64,000 nt of DNA, taken from the NCBI GenBank assembly GCA_964617825.1, contig CAZTWL010000004.1, positions 7,546 to 71,545 on the forward strand, written 5' to 3'. This DNA is from an uncultured Verrucomicrobiota bacterium. Its GTDB lineage: Bacteria > Verrucomicrobiota > Kiritimatiellia > JAAZAB01. Positions 1 through 9,255 of this stretch are shown here, piece by piece. How positions within the stretch are numbered: position 1 is the stretch's first letter; each line of letters begins with the position of its first letter. The translations under genes and the position numbers were made by a program. The notes beneath the pieces were generated by a model, which ran no database searches, was not told the DNA's origin, and saw only the letters and a program-made list of their open reading frames with translations.

Positions 1-401
1 CCGAAGCCGGTGGCAAGGATATCAGCGCCAAGATCGACAGCTTTAAGGGTATGATCGAGCGGGTTAAGAAAGCCTATCCCCATGCTTCCGCCTTTGCCAC
101 CACCTTGCGCGAGGTCATCAGCACCAATCGCCACCTCTGGGGCGCGATCATGGCCGAAGGCGCCAACTGGCATGTTGTCGAACCACGCGAAATTACGGTT
201 CTTGATCGGATCGGGGGCGGCGACGGCTTTGTCGGCGGTATGCTCTACGCCATCCTTAAAGGCTGGTCTCCTGACAAATGGATTCAATTCGGCTGGGCCA
301 GCGGTGCATTGGCTACAACCCTTATGACCGATTACGGCCAGCCTGCGGACGAAGAACAGGTTTGGAGCATCTGGAAAGGCAACGCGCGGGTCAGACGCTG
401 A
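1..401 (+). CDS. PfkB-family sugar kinase (2-dehydro-3-deoxygluconokinase-like), C-terminal fragment; 5' end lies outside the window
   Basis: Open frame runs from the window edge to a TGA at 399-401. The C-terminal GGGDGFVGGMLYAIL motif matches the PfkB anion-hole/ATP site. Confidence 0.7.
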   Translation, partial: EAGGKDISAKIDSFKGMIERVKKAYPHASAFATTLREVISTNRHLWGAIMAEGANWHVVEPREITVLDRIGGGDGFVGGMLYAILKGWSPDKWIQFGWASGALATTLMTDYGQPADEEQVWSIWKGNARVRR

Positions 402-445
402 CCGGAGTTGCCGGATCACTTCCGGCGGCATTCATGCTGCGGTTG

Positions 446-480
446 AAAAAGGGCTGTCGGCCACTCCGGCAGCCCTTTTC
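446..480. terminator. Bidirectional rho-independent terminator between convergent genes
   Basis: aaaagggctg (447-456) pairs with cagccctttt (470-479) around a 13-nt loop. An A-tract lies on one side and a T-tract on the other. Confidence 0.6.
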
Positions 481-484
481 CGGG

Positions 485-814
485 TTACTCCATCTCGTAA
501 TTAGTCAGGCCCCCATAAATCTTGAGGGTCATATTCTGCCCCTGGGGGATCGTAACAGATACCTGCCCTTGCACGGTTTGCCCCACCCAACTTACCAGAT
601 GCGCGTTGGTACTGACCTCGATGATCTGGATCGAGTTAGTCGGCGAATCCTGCTGCCGGACCATATCCAGAAAGATGGCCAGCCGCTCGCCGGACCGGTT
701 GCTGATCGTCAATGTCGCCCAATTGTCCGACGATTCGCATGAGATCAGCACGGTCGCCATGATTACCAAGGCACTCATCGCCATCAAACAACCAAGCCGG
801 CACAACTTCTTCAT
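485..814 (-). CDS. Small lipoprotein (hypothetical)
   Basis: Internal ATG at 814 is preceded by aaaggagg. The product begins MKKLCRLGCLMAMSALVIMATVLISC, a signal peptide with a lipobox-like Cys. The longer ORF to 1042 lacks an RBS. Confidence 0.5.
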   Translation of the reverse strand: MKKLCRLGCLMAMSALVIMATVLISCESSDNWATLTISNRSGERLAIFLDMVRQQDSPTNSIQIIEVSTNAHLVSWVGQTVQGQVSVTIPQGQNMTLKIYGGLTNYEME

Positions 815-1022
815 GATGTGACCTCCTTTAGGGTTTGACCGTTCATAATTCTTCAATTGCAAGAGCGCTTGAAAACCGTTGCCGCTCCACAGCTCGCCGC
901 GGGATAAGCGCGAACCAAGGTTTTTAGTATAGACGCGATCATTGCGGAGCAAAAGCCATAAACCACGAAACAAACCGGCAATCTTATCCGTGCCGACCGG
1001 ATTATTCGCATTCTTTGCGGAG

Positions 1023-2342
1023 TTATCGGCGCTCCCTGGCATCTTCCCATGCTAATGTTGAACCATCGGTGCGGATCAAGACGGTGCGTGGCAAGGGCTT
1101 GATAAAATGCTGACGCAGACTGTAGGTATAAGCGCCCTGTGCCGGTATCAGGAGAACGTCGCCGGTTCGAATGTCGTTGCCGTAATACGAATATCCCCAG
1201 ACATCGTGCGGCGTGCAGAGCGCGCCAAGGACATGGAAAGGGCGCTCGACCGGTCCCGGACGCGACAGGTTGATTACGGGAAAAAATTCGCTTTCGTACC
1301 GTTCCCAACCCACGGTGTTGGTCCCCGCGTCCGTGATGGCGATATCCTCGCCTTTGCGATCAAGCACGCTGAGCAGGATGTGCATGCTATCGTTGCAAAT
1401 CCAGCGGCCGGGTTCCGCGCAAATTTGACAGCGGATATGCGGAAACACCTCGATTTTAAGCGCGGCGCCAATCCGTCGGGCAAATTCGCCGATCGCGGCT
1501 GCGGGCTGAAAGCTGCGGGCCGGACGGCAGCCTAGCGCCTTCACGGTTGCGCCGGCGGAATTGTTTGACAGGGGTTCCAGCGACCATGAACCGGGAGGCG
1601 GCCAATAACCGCCGCCGATATCGATAAACTCGATCTGCGTCCGCATCGCTGCCGGCAGGAGCCGCAAGGCTGCGCCCAGACGCCCTACAAAAGCCACGTG
1701 CGCCGTGGGGTCCATATTCCAGCTTGTATGGAATTGCAGTCCGCGCAAATCCACATGCGTTGCGCGCATCGCTTGTTCGATAAATCCGGCCAGGTCAGCG
1801 AGCGCAATCCCGAATTTTCGCCACAGGCCACGCTCATCGGTGGTCAGCCGCACGCCGGCGCGGATCGTCGCGTTCTCCTGCTTAGCCAGGTGTTCCAATC
1901 GTTCCAGCTCTCCCAGACTATCCAGCAGCACCGTCACCCTATCCCGATGGCGGATTGCCAGGCCCAGTTCATCGCCAGTTTTTGCCGGTCCGCTGAACAC
2001 AATGCGTTGGGCGCCGGCCTCAAGCGCCAGCCGTAATTCTTCTCCGCTCGAGACGTCGAGTCCAAGCCCGGCCTTCACAACGGCTGCGACGATCAGGGGA
2101 TGCGAATTCGACTTTAGGGCGTAATAAACCTGCATGCCCGGCAATTCGGAACGAAACGCCTCCGTGAATGCCCTGGCCCGGTCCAAAACGGTCTGTTCCT
2201 CGATCACATACAAGGGTGAGCCGTGCTGGCGGACAACGCTCAGGAATAATTCGCGCCGTTCGGAGTACATGCCTACAAATGCGTCGAGTTCGTCCGGCTG
2301 CTTGCCCGCATTCGATTTGTGCATGTTTTGCGGTAGGCTCAT
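1023..2342 (-). CDS. Fold-III PLP-dependent decarboxylase (Orn/DAP/Arg decarboxylase family)
   Basis: YALKSN PLP-lysine motif, GLGLDVSSGEEL, GGG and EPGRW motifs. Its ATG (2342-2340) overlaps the TGA (2341-2339) of the upstream gene as ATGA. Confidence 0.8.
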   Translation of the reverse strand: MSLPQNMHKSNAGKQPDELDAFVGMYSERRELFLSVVRQHGSPLYVIEEQTVLDRARAFTEAFRSELPGMQVYYALKSNSHPLIVAAVVKAGLGLDVSSGEELRLALEAGAQRIVFSGPAKTGDELGLAIRHRDRVTVLLDSLGELERLEHLAKQENATIRAGVRLTTDERGLWRKFGIALADLAGFIEQAMRATHVDLRGLQFHTSWNMDPTAHVAFVGRLGAALRLLPAAMRTQIEFIDIGGGYWPPPGSWSLEPLSNNSAGATVKALGCRPARSFQPAAAIGEFARRIGAALKIEVFPHIRCQICAEPGRWICNDSMHILLSVLDRKGEDIAITDAGTNTVGWERYESEFFPVINLSRPGPVERPFHVLGALCTPHDVWGYSYYGNDIRTGDVLLIPAQGAYTYSLRQHFIKPLPRTVLIRTDGSTLAWEDARERR

Positions 2343-4597
2343 ATGCATTTGGCGGCGGCAATTTTCACGTTCAACTTTGCATCGATCGCGCGGCAATCCG
2401 CCTCGATGTTTTCTGAGGCTGAAGGCTGAAAAATGGCGTAGCCCAGCATACGCGATTCAAAACTTTCAGGCGGTTGAAGCACGCGCTGCCCCGGGCCCCG
2501 TTTAAGGCTGACCTCCAGCACACGCGGATCGCTGCTTACGGCATCGGTATCGATGGCCGTTATAACTCCGGATTGCGCGGTAAAAAAACGCAAGCCGACC
2601 CGGCGTTGCCATTGCGATGCCGGCGGGATACTGACGGGACGCTGTTCGGCGAAATCAAGCGCCAGGGCCAGGATATCGAGCCCGCAACTCGACCGGATTA
2701 GCGGCGGCAGGCAGTCACCCCCGGGACGCGGGGCAATTTCGATCAAAACCATGCGGTTATCTTCCATGATGAAGTCAACCATGCACAGTGCACGGTCAAT
2801 TCCCACCGCTTGCGCCGCCGCACGTAATTGCTGTTCAAGCGCGCCATTAGTCATGCCCGGTACAGTTTCCGGCAGCTGATAGGCCAGGACCGTGCCGGGG
2901 GTAAGTTCCGGCTGCAGCCATTTCTTGGCGATGCGGATGACCTCGATCTTGTCGCCATCGATCATGAAATCACAGCTGTATTCCGGCCCCTCGACCCACT
3001 CTTCCATCACCACCGTGCGCCGCGGATCCACCCGGAGTCCGCCGTATTCGTAGGGCGCATACATCCGGGCAGCCGATTGCCCGGCCAGTCGATCACGCAT
3101 GATGTCAAACGCGAGGATACACTCGTCAGCCGTTTTACAAACGAAGACTAACTCGCTTCCTGAACCAGTCAGTGGTTTTAGAACCGCTTTCTGCCGTCGG
3201 CAAAGGCCGAGAAACTGCACCGCCTGCTCGGCCGTTTCGATCTGCCGTGAGGCCGGGCAGGAAAGGCCGGCGCGTTCCCAGCATTGTTTCGAAATGTATT
3301 TGCTGCGGCAGGTCACGATGGCCTCGGCTGACGGGTACGACAAGGATAATTTGTTTGCGATAAACGCAGCCAAAGGCATGGACTCGCAATCGAAACACGC
3401 TACGCCGCTCGCCCATAGGCCGTAGTGCGTCAGATGGCGGCGGATACGAGCCAATCCTTCTTCCGGTTGATCGAGCGGGCAGAGCACCTCGCCGGCCGAA
3501 CTGGGCTGCGGCTCTTTAGCGCGTTCCCGTTCAAGAGGATCGGTGACGAATACCACCCGGCTGGGAAAACGGCGATGGATGATGTCGATGTAATCCGAAG
3601 TCGTGCCAATGACCAGAACCCGTCCACCCTCCAGCCCATGCGTTACCCCGCCCGATATTCTTTCTGTGGTTGGTTGCGTCGCGGCAAAAGCAGCATTGGA
3701 AAGCAGATAAAGCGGGCATGGGGTCAGGTGAAAAAGTTTTTTCCACGAAAAATCGCCACATAGAAAATCAGCAACCTGGAAACGCTCGCTGCAGGTCCGC
3801 TGCAGATGATGCATGTTGATCAATTTGGCGACTCCGGGATACTCGGCATGCGTTCCTCCACCCACAAGCGCGTATGCGCCGTTAACGAGAATGCCAATGT
3901 CGATTGCCGCCAAATTGCCGCCCAGGCGCAAACTTGTCAGGCGCAGCCAACCTCGCTCACGGGATAATTGCATTAGGCTGCGAAAACTCTCGAGGAAACG
4001 ATGGTCATGAAAATAGGAATTAGCGCCGAAACGTTCGACGTTCATGGCGATCATCTGGTCGAAATCGGGCATGACGTCGTATAAATATTCAACTCCGGAT
4101 GACTCAAGCCCAGCCAATTCGCGTTTCAATCTTTTGGCCGATTTGCCGGAGAACTCGTGGAAATACATCTGCAGATCATAGCCGTACATCTGGGGGAAAA
4201 ATCGATAGGAGATCTCATCCACCGTTTTTTGCATCCGGGATGCAGCGGAATTGGCCTTCAAATACCGGAGGTGATATGGTCCGGGACACGCTTCCAAGAG
4301 TGCCTGTACCATGGCATCGCCATTGGCGATAATTCGATTTTGCTCCAGCCAAGTTGCCTGATGCCACGTTTCCCCGGGGAAATACTGATAACAGCCGGCC
4401 TCTTCAACCCAGCTCAAGGGCAGGAAGCCAGCCTGACCCTGATTGTCTTCCGCCACAATGAAACAGGCCGGACGCTGAAAGTGCTTGTGAAAACAGGCGC
4501 GGACATCCCAATTATCCCACAGGGTCTCCTGCGGTATGAAGCGTTCCCAAAGCAAACGACATTCGGACAGGTCGGTCACGATGCGATGTTTGATCAT
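2339..4597 (-). CDS. Fusion protein: FemAB/CelD(BcsL)-like GNAT domain + pre-ATP-grasp + ATP-grasp ligase domain
   Basis: The N-terminal ~300 aa resemble the CelD/FemAB acyl/aminoacyl-transferase fold. A central RVLVIGTTSDYIDIIH Rossmann-like segment precedes a C-terminal ATP-grasp signature (KAVLKPLTGSGSELVFVC ... MVLIEIAPRPGGD). It is one continuous 752-aa frame. Confidence 0.65.
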   Translation of the reverse strand: MIKHRIVTDLSECRLLWERFIPQETLWDNWDVRACFHKHFQRPACFIVAEDNQGQAGFLPLSWVEEAGCYQYFPGETWHQATWLEQNRIIANGDAMVQALLEACPGPYHLRYLKANSAASRMQKTVDEISYRFFPQMYGYDLQMYFHEFSGKSAKRLKRELAGLESSGVEYLYDVMPDFDQMIAMNVERFGANSYFHDHRFLESFRSLMQLSRERGWLRLTSLRLGGNLAAIDIGILVNGAYALVGGGTHAEYPGVAKLINMHHLQRTCSERFQVADFLCGDFSWKKLFHLTPCPLYLLSNAAFAATQPTTERISGGVTHGLEGGRVLVIGTTSDYIDIIHRRFPSRVVFVTDPLERERAKEPQPSSAGEVLCPLDQPEEGLARIRRHLTHYGLWASGVACFDCESMPLAAFIANKLSLSYPSAEAIVTCRSKYISKQCWERAGLSCPASRQIETAEQAVQFLGLCRRQKAVLKPLTGSGSELVFVCKTADECILAFDIMRDRLAGQSAARMYAPYEYGGLRVDPRRTVVMEEWVEGPEYSCDFMIDGDKIEVIRIAKKWLQPELTPGTVLAYQLPETVPGMTNGALEQQLRAAAQAVGIDRALCMVDFIMEDNRMVLIEIAPRPGGDCLPPLIRSSCGLDILALALDFAEQRPVSIPPASQWQRRVGLRFFTAQSGVITAIDTDAVSSDPRVLEVSLKRGPGQRVLQPPESFESRMLGYAIFQPSASENIEADCRAIDAKLNVKIAAAKCI

Positions 4598-5154
4598 GGT
4601 TGTTGACGAAAGGATTGGGGATCAAGTCTATAATTACCGTTGAATAGCGATTGATCCTAACATTCTCGCCTTTTTTTACATGGAGTCCGGCTTTTGTTCG
4701 AAGCGATGGCGACTCCACAGTGCTTCTCCGCCTTAATACGGCCCAAAAGGCAATGATCAGGCGTAATTAATACCGGTTCTACCCTCCAATGTCGCGAATA
4801 CGGTATAGACCCATTTGCCCGCTGGTTACCCAAATATCATTTTCACTTTCTTTTTGCAACGTTGTATCAGGACATTTTTTGGTTGGCACCAAAAATTCGC
4901 CACTGAAATTGTCGCGGTTGGCCGATGCAGGCGTGCAGCGTGCATTTCGTTCGATTATAAGGGGACAATATATCTTCGTCGGAGATAAACTGGCGCGGAC
5001 AATTTCCGTGCCCGCGCACAAATAAACGCAGGTTACTGGGCATCTTGATCATCTGGCTCCAGCCGTAGCGCCGTGGCAGACGGATAACCCGGTGCGGGTG
5101 CCAGGCCTTGACGGCGCTTAACATCGAGCTAGGATCCTGAGTGGCCCCAGGACC

Positions 5155-5511
5155 CTACCCCTTGTCTTGTCCATGTTTGTACTTGATGACCTGGACCTTT
5201 TCGATTGTGATCAGCCCTCCGCATTGAGCCGATTCGAATAACGCATCCAGCAATGGCATAAACCGGTCGATTTTGTCAGCCTCGTCGACTATTTCGACAA
5301 TGATTGGCAGATCGGTGGAGAGATCCAGGATCTTTGTCGTCCGGATTCGACTGGTTGGGCCGAAACCCAATATCCCCCGCCAGACGGTGGCTCCGGCAAG
5401 TTCCATTCTCCTTGCCTCGCGTACAATGGCCTCGTAAAGAGCCGTGTGCTTGACCTTGTCGTCTTCGCCCAGGAAAATCCGCAAGAGCTTGGCGTCCCGA
5501 TTCAGTTCCAT
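5155..5511 (-). CDS. DUF190 family protein (CrcB-associated, PII-like fold)
   Basis: 118 aa, immediately downstream of and overlapping crcB by 10 nt. The DUF190-crcB pairing is a recurrent arrangement. Confidence 0.7.
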   Translation of the reverse strand: MELNRDAKLLRIFLGEDDKVKHTALYEAIVREARRMELAGATVWRGILGFGPTSRIRTTKILDLSTDLPIIVEIVDEADKIDRFMPLLDALFESAQCGGLITIEKVQVIKYKHGQDKG

Positions 5512-5912
5512 TGTCCGCCTCCCATTCTAACGAGCAACCGTATCGCCATTATTCCGATAAAGAAAGCCATCATGGAGAGAAACAATGAACTGGCCAGGTA
5601 ACATGCGGCATGCAGATATTCGCTGGAGCGCAGCATTTCGACAATCTCGTAGATCATAGAAGACATCGTGGTAAATCCGCCGCAGAATCCGGTTGCCAAA
5701 AGGAGACGGACTTCAGGCGACATCGTTTCGCCGCGGGCCGCCAACTCCGCGATTATGCCGATCAGGAAACACCCCCCGACGTTTGCGGCCAGCGTCCCTA
5801 ACGGCCATTCGAGCGACAAACGTTGCGACATGACGCTCAGTCCGTAGCGCGCAAGCGACCCGGCAAAGCCGCCGATGCCCACGAGAATTGAAGCTGTTCC
5901 CGGATGTGCCAT
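5502..5912 (-). CDS. crcB: Fluoride ion channel CrcB/Fluc
   Basis: GxxGxxRY-type N-terminus (GGFAGSLARYGL) and the GFCGGFTTMSSM motif across four TM segments. Start chosen is the ATG at 5912-5910, giving a ~136-aa product. Confidence 0.85.
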   Translation of the reverse strand: MAHPGTASILVGIGGFAGSLARYGLSVMSQRLSLEWPLGTLAANVGGCFLIGIIAELAARGETMSPEVRLLLATGFCGGFTTMSSMIYEIVEMLRSSEYLHAACYLASSLFLSMMAFFIGIMAIRLLVRMGGGQWN

Positions 5913-6329
5913 TAGTGTCTCGCCGTAAATCTTGTGCAAAGACAATCTATCTGCCTTGCCGCCCCAAGGTCAATGCCATAATGATTTCATGTCATGCTTC
6001 GCCGCCTCCCGAGGATGGGCTGACAAAACATTGACCAGCAAGAACAAGCAGCATATCCATGTATATCTGATATGGTAGCAGACGAGGTCAGATCAGGGCG
6101 CGATATAATCCGAAACATACCATTTACGTCAGCCTTATCTTCATCTGTAAACATTCAACCGTGTCTGGCGACTGGACGGTTAAATAAGGTTTGCGTATTT
6201 AGTCGGCGGCATAATTAACGCGGAACGAAGAAAATCAACGCGGGTTACGGATGGAACCCGCAGCCTGCATTGGCCCCGTTTTGAAGTTTGTCCTGTAATT
6301 ATCCGGCCTTATTCATTATCTTGTTACCG

Positions 6330-7679
6330 ATGAACAAGGCAACCACAGCACGCATCCTGATCATCGAGGACGATCCCGATGGGCGCCGCTCTCTGGCGGA
6401 AGCCATGGAAGAAAGCGGGTATCTGGCCATTACCGCCGCCACCGGAGAAACGGGTATCCGCCTCTTCAAAGATCAGACTTTCGATGCCGTGCTTTCGGAT
6501 ATCCGGCTTCCGGACATTGATGGACAACAGGTGCAGGAACGCCTAAAGGAAATCAACGCCGATGTCCCCGTCCTGCTGATGACCGCCTTTGGCACCGTAT
6601 CGGCCGCTGTGAATGCGCTAAAAGCCGGCGCCTATGATTATATCCTCAAGCCGCTTAACCTGACGGACATTCAGTCCAAGGTGGCGCATGCCATTGAAAA
6701 CCGCCGCTTACGCTCACAGGTGTTGTCTTTCAGAAAAGCGCTCTATGGTCGCGAGATTATTGCCGTTTCACCCGGGATGGTCGAAGTGCTCCGGCAGGTG
6801 AGAACCGTTGCCGCCACCCAGGCCACGGTTTTGATTCTCGGAGAAAGCGGCGCAGGCAAGGAATTAATTGCCCGCGCCCTGCACGATGGTAGCTCGCGCG
6901 CCGATGGTCCTTTCGTGGCCGTTAACTGCGGGGCTTTTTCGGAATCCCTGCTTGAATCGGAACTGTTCGGCCATGAAAAAGGCGCTTTTACCGGGGCAAC
7001 AGCTCAACATGCCGGCGCCTTTGAGCGCGCCGAAGGCGGCACGCTCTTTCTGGATGAAATCGGTCTTGCCCCACCTTCCGTACAAACCAGGTTGTTGCGC
7101 GTCCTGGAAGAACGCGAAATAATTCGCGTAGGCGGCACCCGCTCAATTCCCGTAAACCTGCGCGTAATTTCAGCCTCCAATCGCAACCTTGATGATCTTG
7201 TTGCCGAGCGCAGCTTCCGCCATGATTTGCTTTATCGCCTGCAGGTGGTTACGATCCACGTCCCGCCCTTGAGGAAACGCCAGGAAGACATTCGGCCGCT
7301 TGCAGATTTTTTCATCGCAACCGCCTGCAGTTTGCATGGCCGCCACATCGACGAAATCGATGATGGTTTTTACAAAACGCTGGAGAGCCATCCTTGGAGC
7401 GGCAATGTCCGTGAGTTAAAAAACGCGGTTGAATCGGCGGTCATAATGACCGCCACACCAAGGTTGACCGCCGCCAGCCTGAAATTGGCGACGCCTGGCG
7501 AGCGCACCAACACGGAAATTGTCATTCCCCCGCGGACCCCATTGGCGGAGATTGAACGCCAGGCGCTTCTGCAGTCGCTAACCCGTTGTTCCGGAAGCCG
7601 GAATTTGGCAGCTGCCGAATTGGGACTTTCTACGCGTACCATTCAGCGCAAGATCAAGGAATATGACCTGCCATTCTGA
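6330..7679 (+). CDS. Sigma-54-dependent response regulator (NtrC family: REC + AAA+ sigma-54 activation + Fis-type HTH)
   Basis: REC domain (ILIIEDDPD...D) followed by GESGAGKE Walker A, the GAFTGA motif (EKGAFTGATAQ), and a C-terminal LAAAELGLSTRTIQRKIKEY HTH. Confidence 0.9.
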   Translation: MNKATTARILIIEDDPDGRRSLAEAMEESGYLAITAATGETGIRLFKDQTFDAVLSDIRLPDIDGQQVQERLKEINADVPVLLMTAFGTVSAAVNALKAGAYDYILKPLNLTDIQSKVAHAIENRRLRSQVLSFRKALYGREIIAVSPGMVEVLRQVRTVAATQATVLILGESGAGKELIARALHDGSSRADGPFVAVNCGAFSESLLESELFGHEKGAFTGATAQHAGAFERAEGGTLFLDEIGLAPPSVQTRLLRVLEEREIIRVGGTRSIPVNLRVISASNRNLDDLVAERSFRHDLLYRLQVVTIHVPPLRKRQEDIRPLADFFIATACSLHGRHIDEIDDGFYKTLESHPWSGNVRELKNAVESAVIMTATPRLTAASLKLATPGERTNTEIVIPPRTPLAEIERQALLQSLTRCSGSRNLAAAELGLSTRTIQRKIKEYDLPF

Positions 7680-7948
7680 GCGGACACTGCGCTTTGAGAT
7701 GTTTTAGAGATCGCCTGATCCGGATGAATCTTCCAACGGATTGACCGAAAATACGCCACGGATGGCGGCGAAATCCTCGTCTTCCAATACATTTGGATAG
7801 CGATATCCGCAATGGCCACGTAATCATGGTCGGTCATGTTTACGACAAAATGTCCGGTTCGCAGACAGCTTGTCCTGCCGGCGCTGCCCAAACTCGGCGG
7901 ACCTTGATCAATTCGAACGATTTCGTGCGCTGTCGATTTTACCGATCC

Positions 7949-7966
7949 CGAGCGCATAGGCGCTCG
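7949..7966. promoter_or_regulatory. Perfect inverted repeat CGAGCGC-N4-GCGCTCG, candidate enhancer (UAS) for the adjacent sigma-54 activator
   Basis: 7-bp arms separated by 4 nt, lying ~60 bp upstream of the -24 element. Confidence 0.35.
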
Positions 7967-8012
7967 TTTTTCGGCGGATCTGCGATTCCTTGCCAGTTGC
8001 GCAAAACTTACT

Positions 8013-8028
8013 TGGCACGATTGATGCT
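8013..8028 (+). promoter_or_regulatory. Sigma-54 (-24/-12) promoter TGGCACGATTGATGCT
   Basis: GG at 8014-15 and GC at 8026-27 with exactly 10-nt spacing (TGGCAC-N5-TGC). It sits upstream of the Hsp20 gene and downstream of the NtrC-family gene. Confidence 0.6.
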
Positions 8029-8235
8029 TAATCAATGCTGTCGGGAATCATTGCTTTCTTATACGGGAGGGATTAGGAGTGAAGGGAATATTTGAAAAGT
8101 TGCCCTCGCCTTGATCGGCATCCAAGGAAGTTGATGTTATGGAATAAATTTCAAGTCGTATCCTGTTGGCGGCGTTATTTTCCTGAATGTTTTTTTGGGG
8201 CCAGAGCGCTGATCGCAATAATAAGAGTTTATACC

Positions 8236-9072
8236 ATGGAACCCAATATTACAAATTACGACAGCGAATCGAATCGGAAATCTCGAAGCCACTGGTTTCT
8301 GATCGCCTTAATTGTTTTACTTTGCGTCATAATCATTATGCAAGGGGTTGCTCTTTTAACCGTAAGGGCCGGGCGGCATGGTCAAACTCCTGGCCGAACA
8401 TGGATTGAGCGCCTGCAGCATTTTTTGCCTGGTTCAGCCGATCAGTCCCGGCAAGCGTCCTTGGGCCATGACAATCAGATCGTTTTCTGGGAAACCACGG
8501 ACGATCTCGAGCAGATTCACGAACAAATCAACCGATTATTGCGGAGCATGACGCCGACATTTGGCGCCATCTCCGGCAATCCTTTCGCCGGCATCCCCCT
8601 TCAACGTCAGGGCGTGAATCGTTCCTCCGCCATATTTCCGCACGAACGCGATCTGAACGAATTGCAGCGGGAAATCGAACAAATCTTTGCGAACGCTTAT
8701 AATGAAAGCCAGCAGAACACGATGCTGTCGCGGTTCGATCACGGTTGGGACATGGTATCTTCGTCCGCGGCAATGAATATCGAAGATCACGGCAGCAATT
8801 ATGTGATCAATGTTGCCCTGCCGGGGTATGCCAAGCAGGGGATCAAAATCAACGTGGAAGGCCATCTGCTGATCATCGATGCGAACCGGGCAACTAAAAA
8901 ACAAGCCGCTGCAACCGGGACGCAAAGCGGACAGTTCCACACACAAATAATGATGCCGGAAAACATCCAGAGCACCGGCGCGCAGGCCACCTATGCAGAC
9001 AACGTGCTTTGCATTCAAATCCCCAAGGCAACGGAGACCAATTCGCTTGTAAGAACCATTGAAATCAGATAA
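8236..9072 (+). CDS. Membrane-anchored small heat-shock protein (Hsp20/alpha-crystallin domain)
   Basis: N-terminal TM helix (WFLIALIVLLCVIIIMQGVALL) and a C-terminal alpha-crystallin domain (NYVINVALPGY...INVEGHLLIIDANR...ADNVLCIQIPK). The longer frame from the TTG at 8092 is less plausible. Confidence 0.7.
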   Translation: MEPNITNYDSESNRKSRSHWFLIALIVLLCVIIIMQGVALLTVRAGRHGQTPGRTWIERLQHFLPGSADQSRQASLGHDNQIVFWETTDDLEQIHEQINRLLRSMTPTFGAISGNPFAGIPLQRQGVNRSSAIFPHERDLNELQREIEQIFANAYNESQQNTMLSRFDHGWDMVSSSAAMNIEDHGSNYVINVALPGYAKQGIKINVEGHLLIIDANRATKKQAAATGTQSGQFHTQIMMPENIQSTGAQATYADNVLCIQIPKATETNSLVRTIEIR

Positions 9073-9255
9073 TTTTCAATTTTTTTTATGGAAGAAAAAA
9101 CGCGCGTGAAAACAAATCTTGCCGCGGATGCAAAAACGACTTAATTCTGCTTGCGCTTGCATTTGCATCCAAGGTGTCGGAGTCCATGGTTGATTTCGTT
9201 AGGTTGCGGGTCTTTGCCCGCTTCAGTGGTACCAATAAAGGAGAGGAGAGACCTG

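Noticed and set aside
4876-4900. TGGCAC-containing sequence resembling a sigma-54 -24 element
   Set aside because: The GC dinucleotide is 12 nt, not 10 nt, from the GG, and no plus-strand gene lies downstream.
4779-5124. Small ORFs in the 560-bp AT-rich spacer between the ligase operon and DUF190 (e.g. 4867..5124, 85 aa)
   Set aside because: No RBS, no recognisable motif, and mutually overlapping frames. More likely non-coding promoter or leader DNA, though a degenerate remnant cannot be excluded.
6238-6262. Hairpin gcgggtt-acggatgg-aacccgc upstream of the NtrC-family gene
   Set aside because: No adjacent U-tract and not downstream of any gene in a terminator orientation. Possibly a leader structure but unsupported.
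8092-8235. N-terminal extension of the Hsp20 ORF starting at TTG 8092
   Set aside because: A TTG start without an RBS, and the first 48 residues are Cys/Arg/Trp-rich with no function. The ATG at 8236 yields a sensible TM-anchored sHsp.
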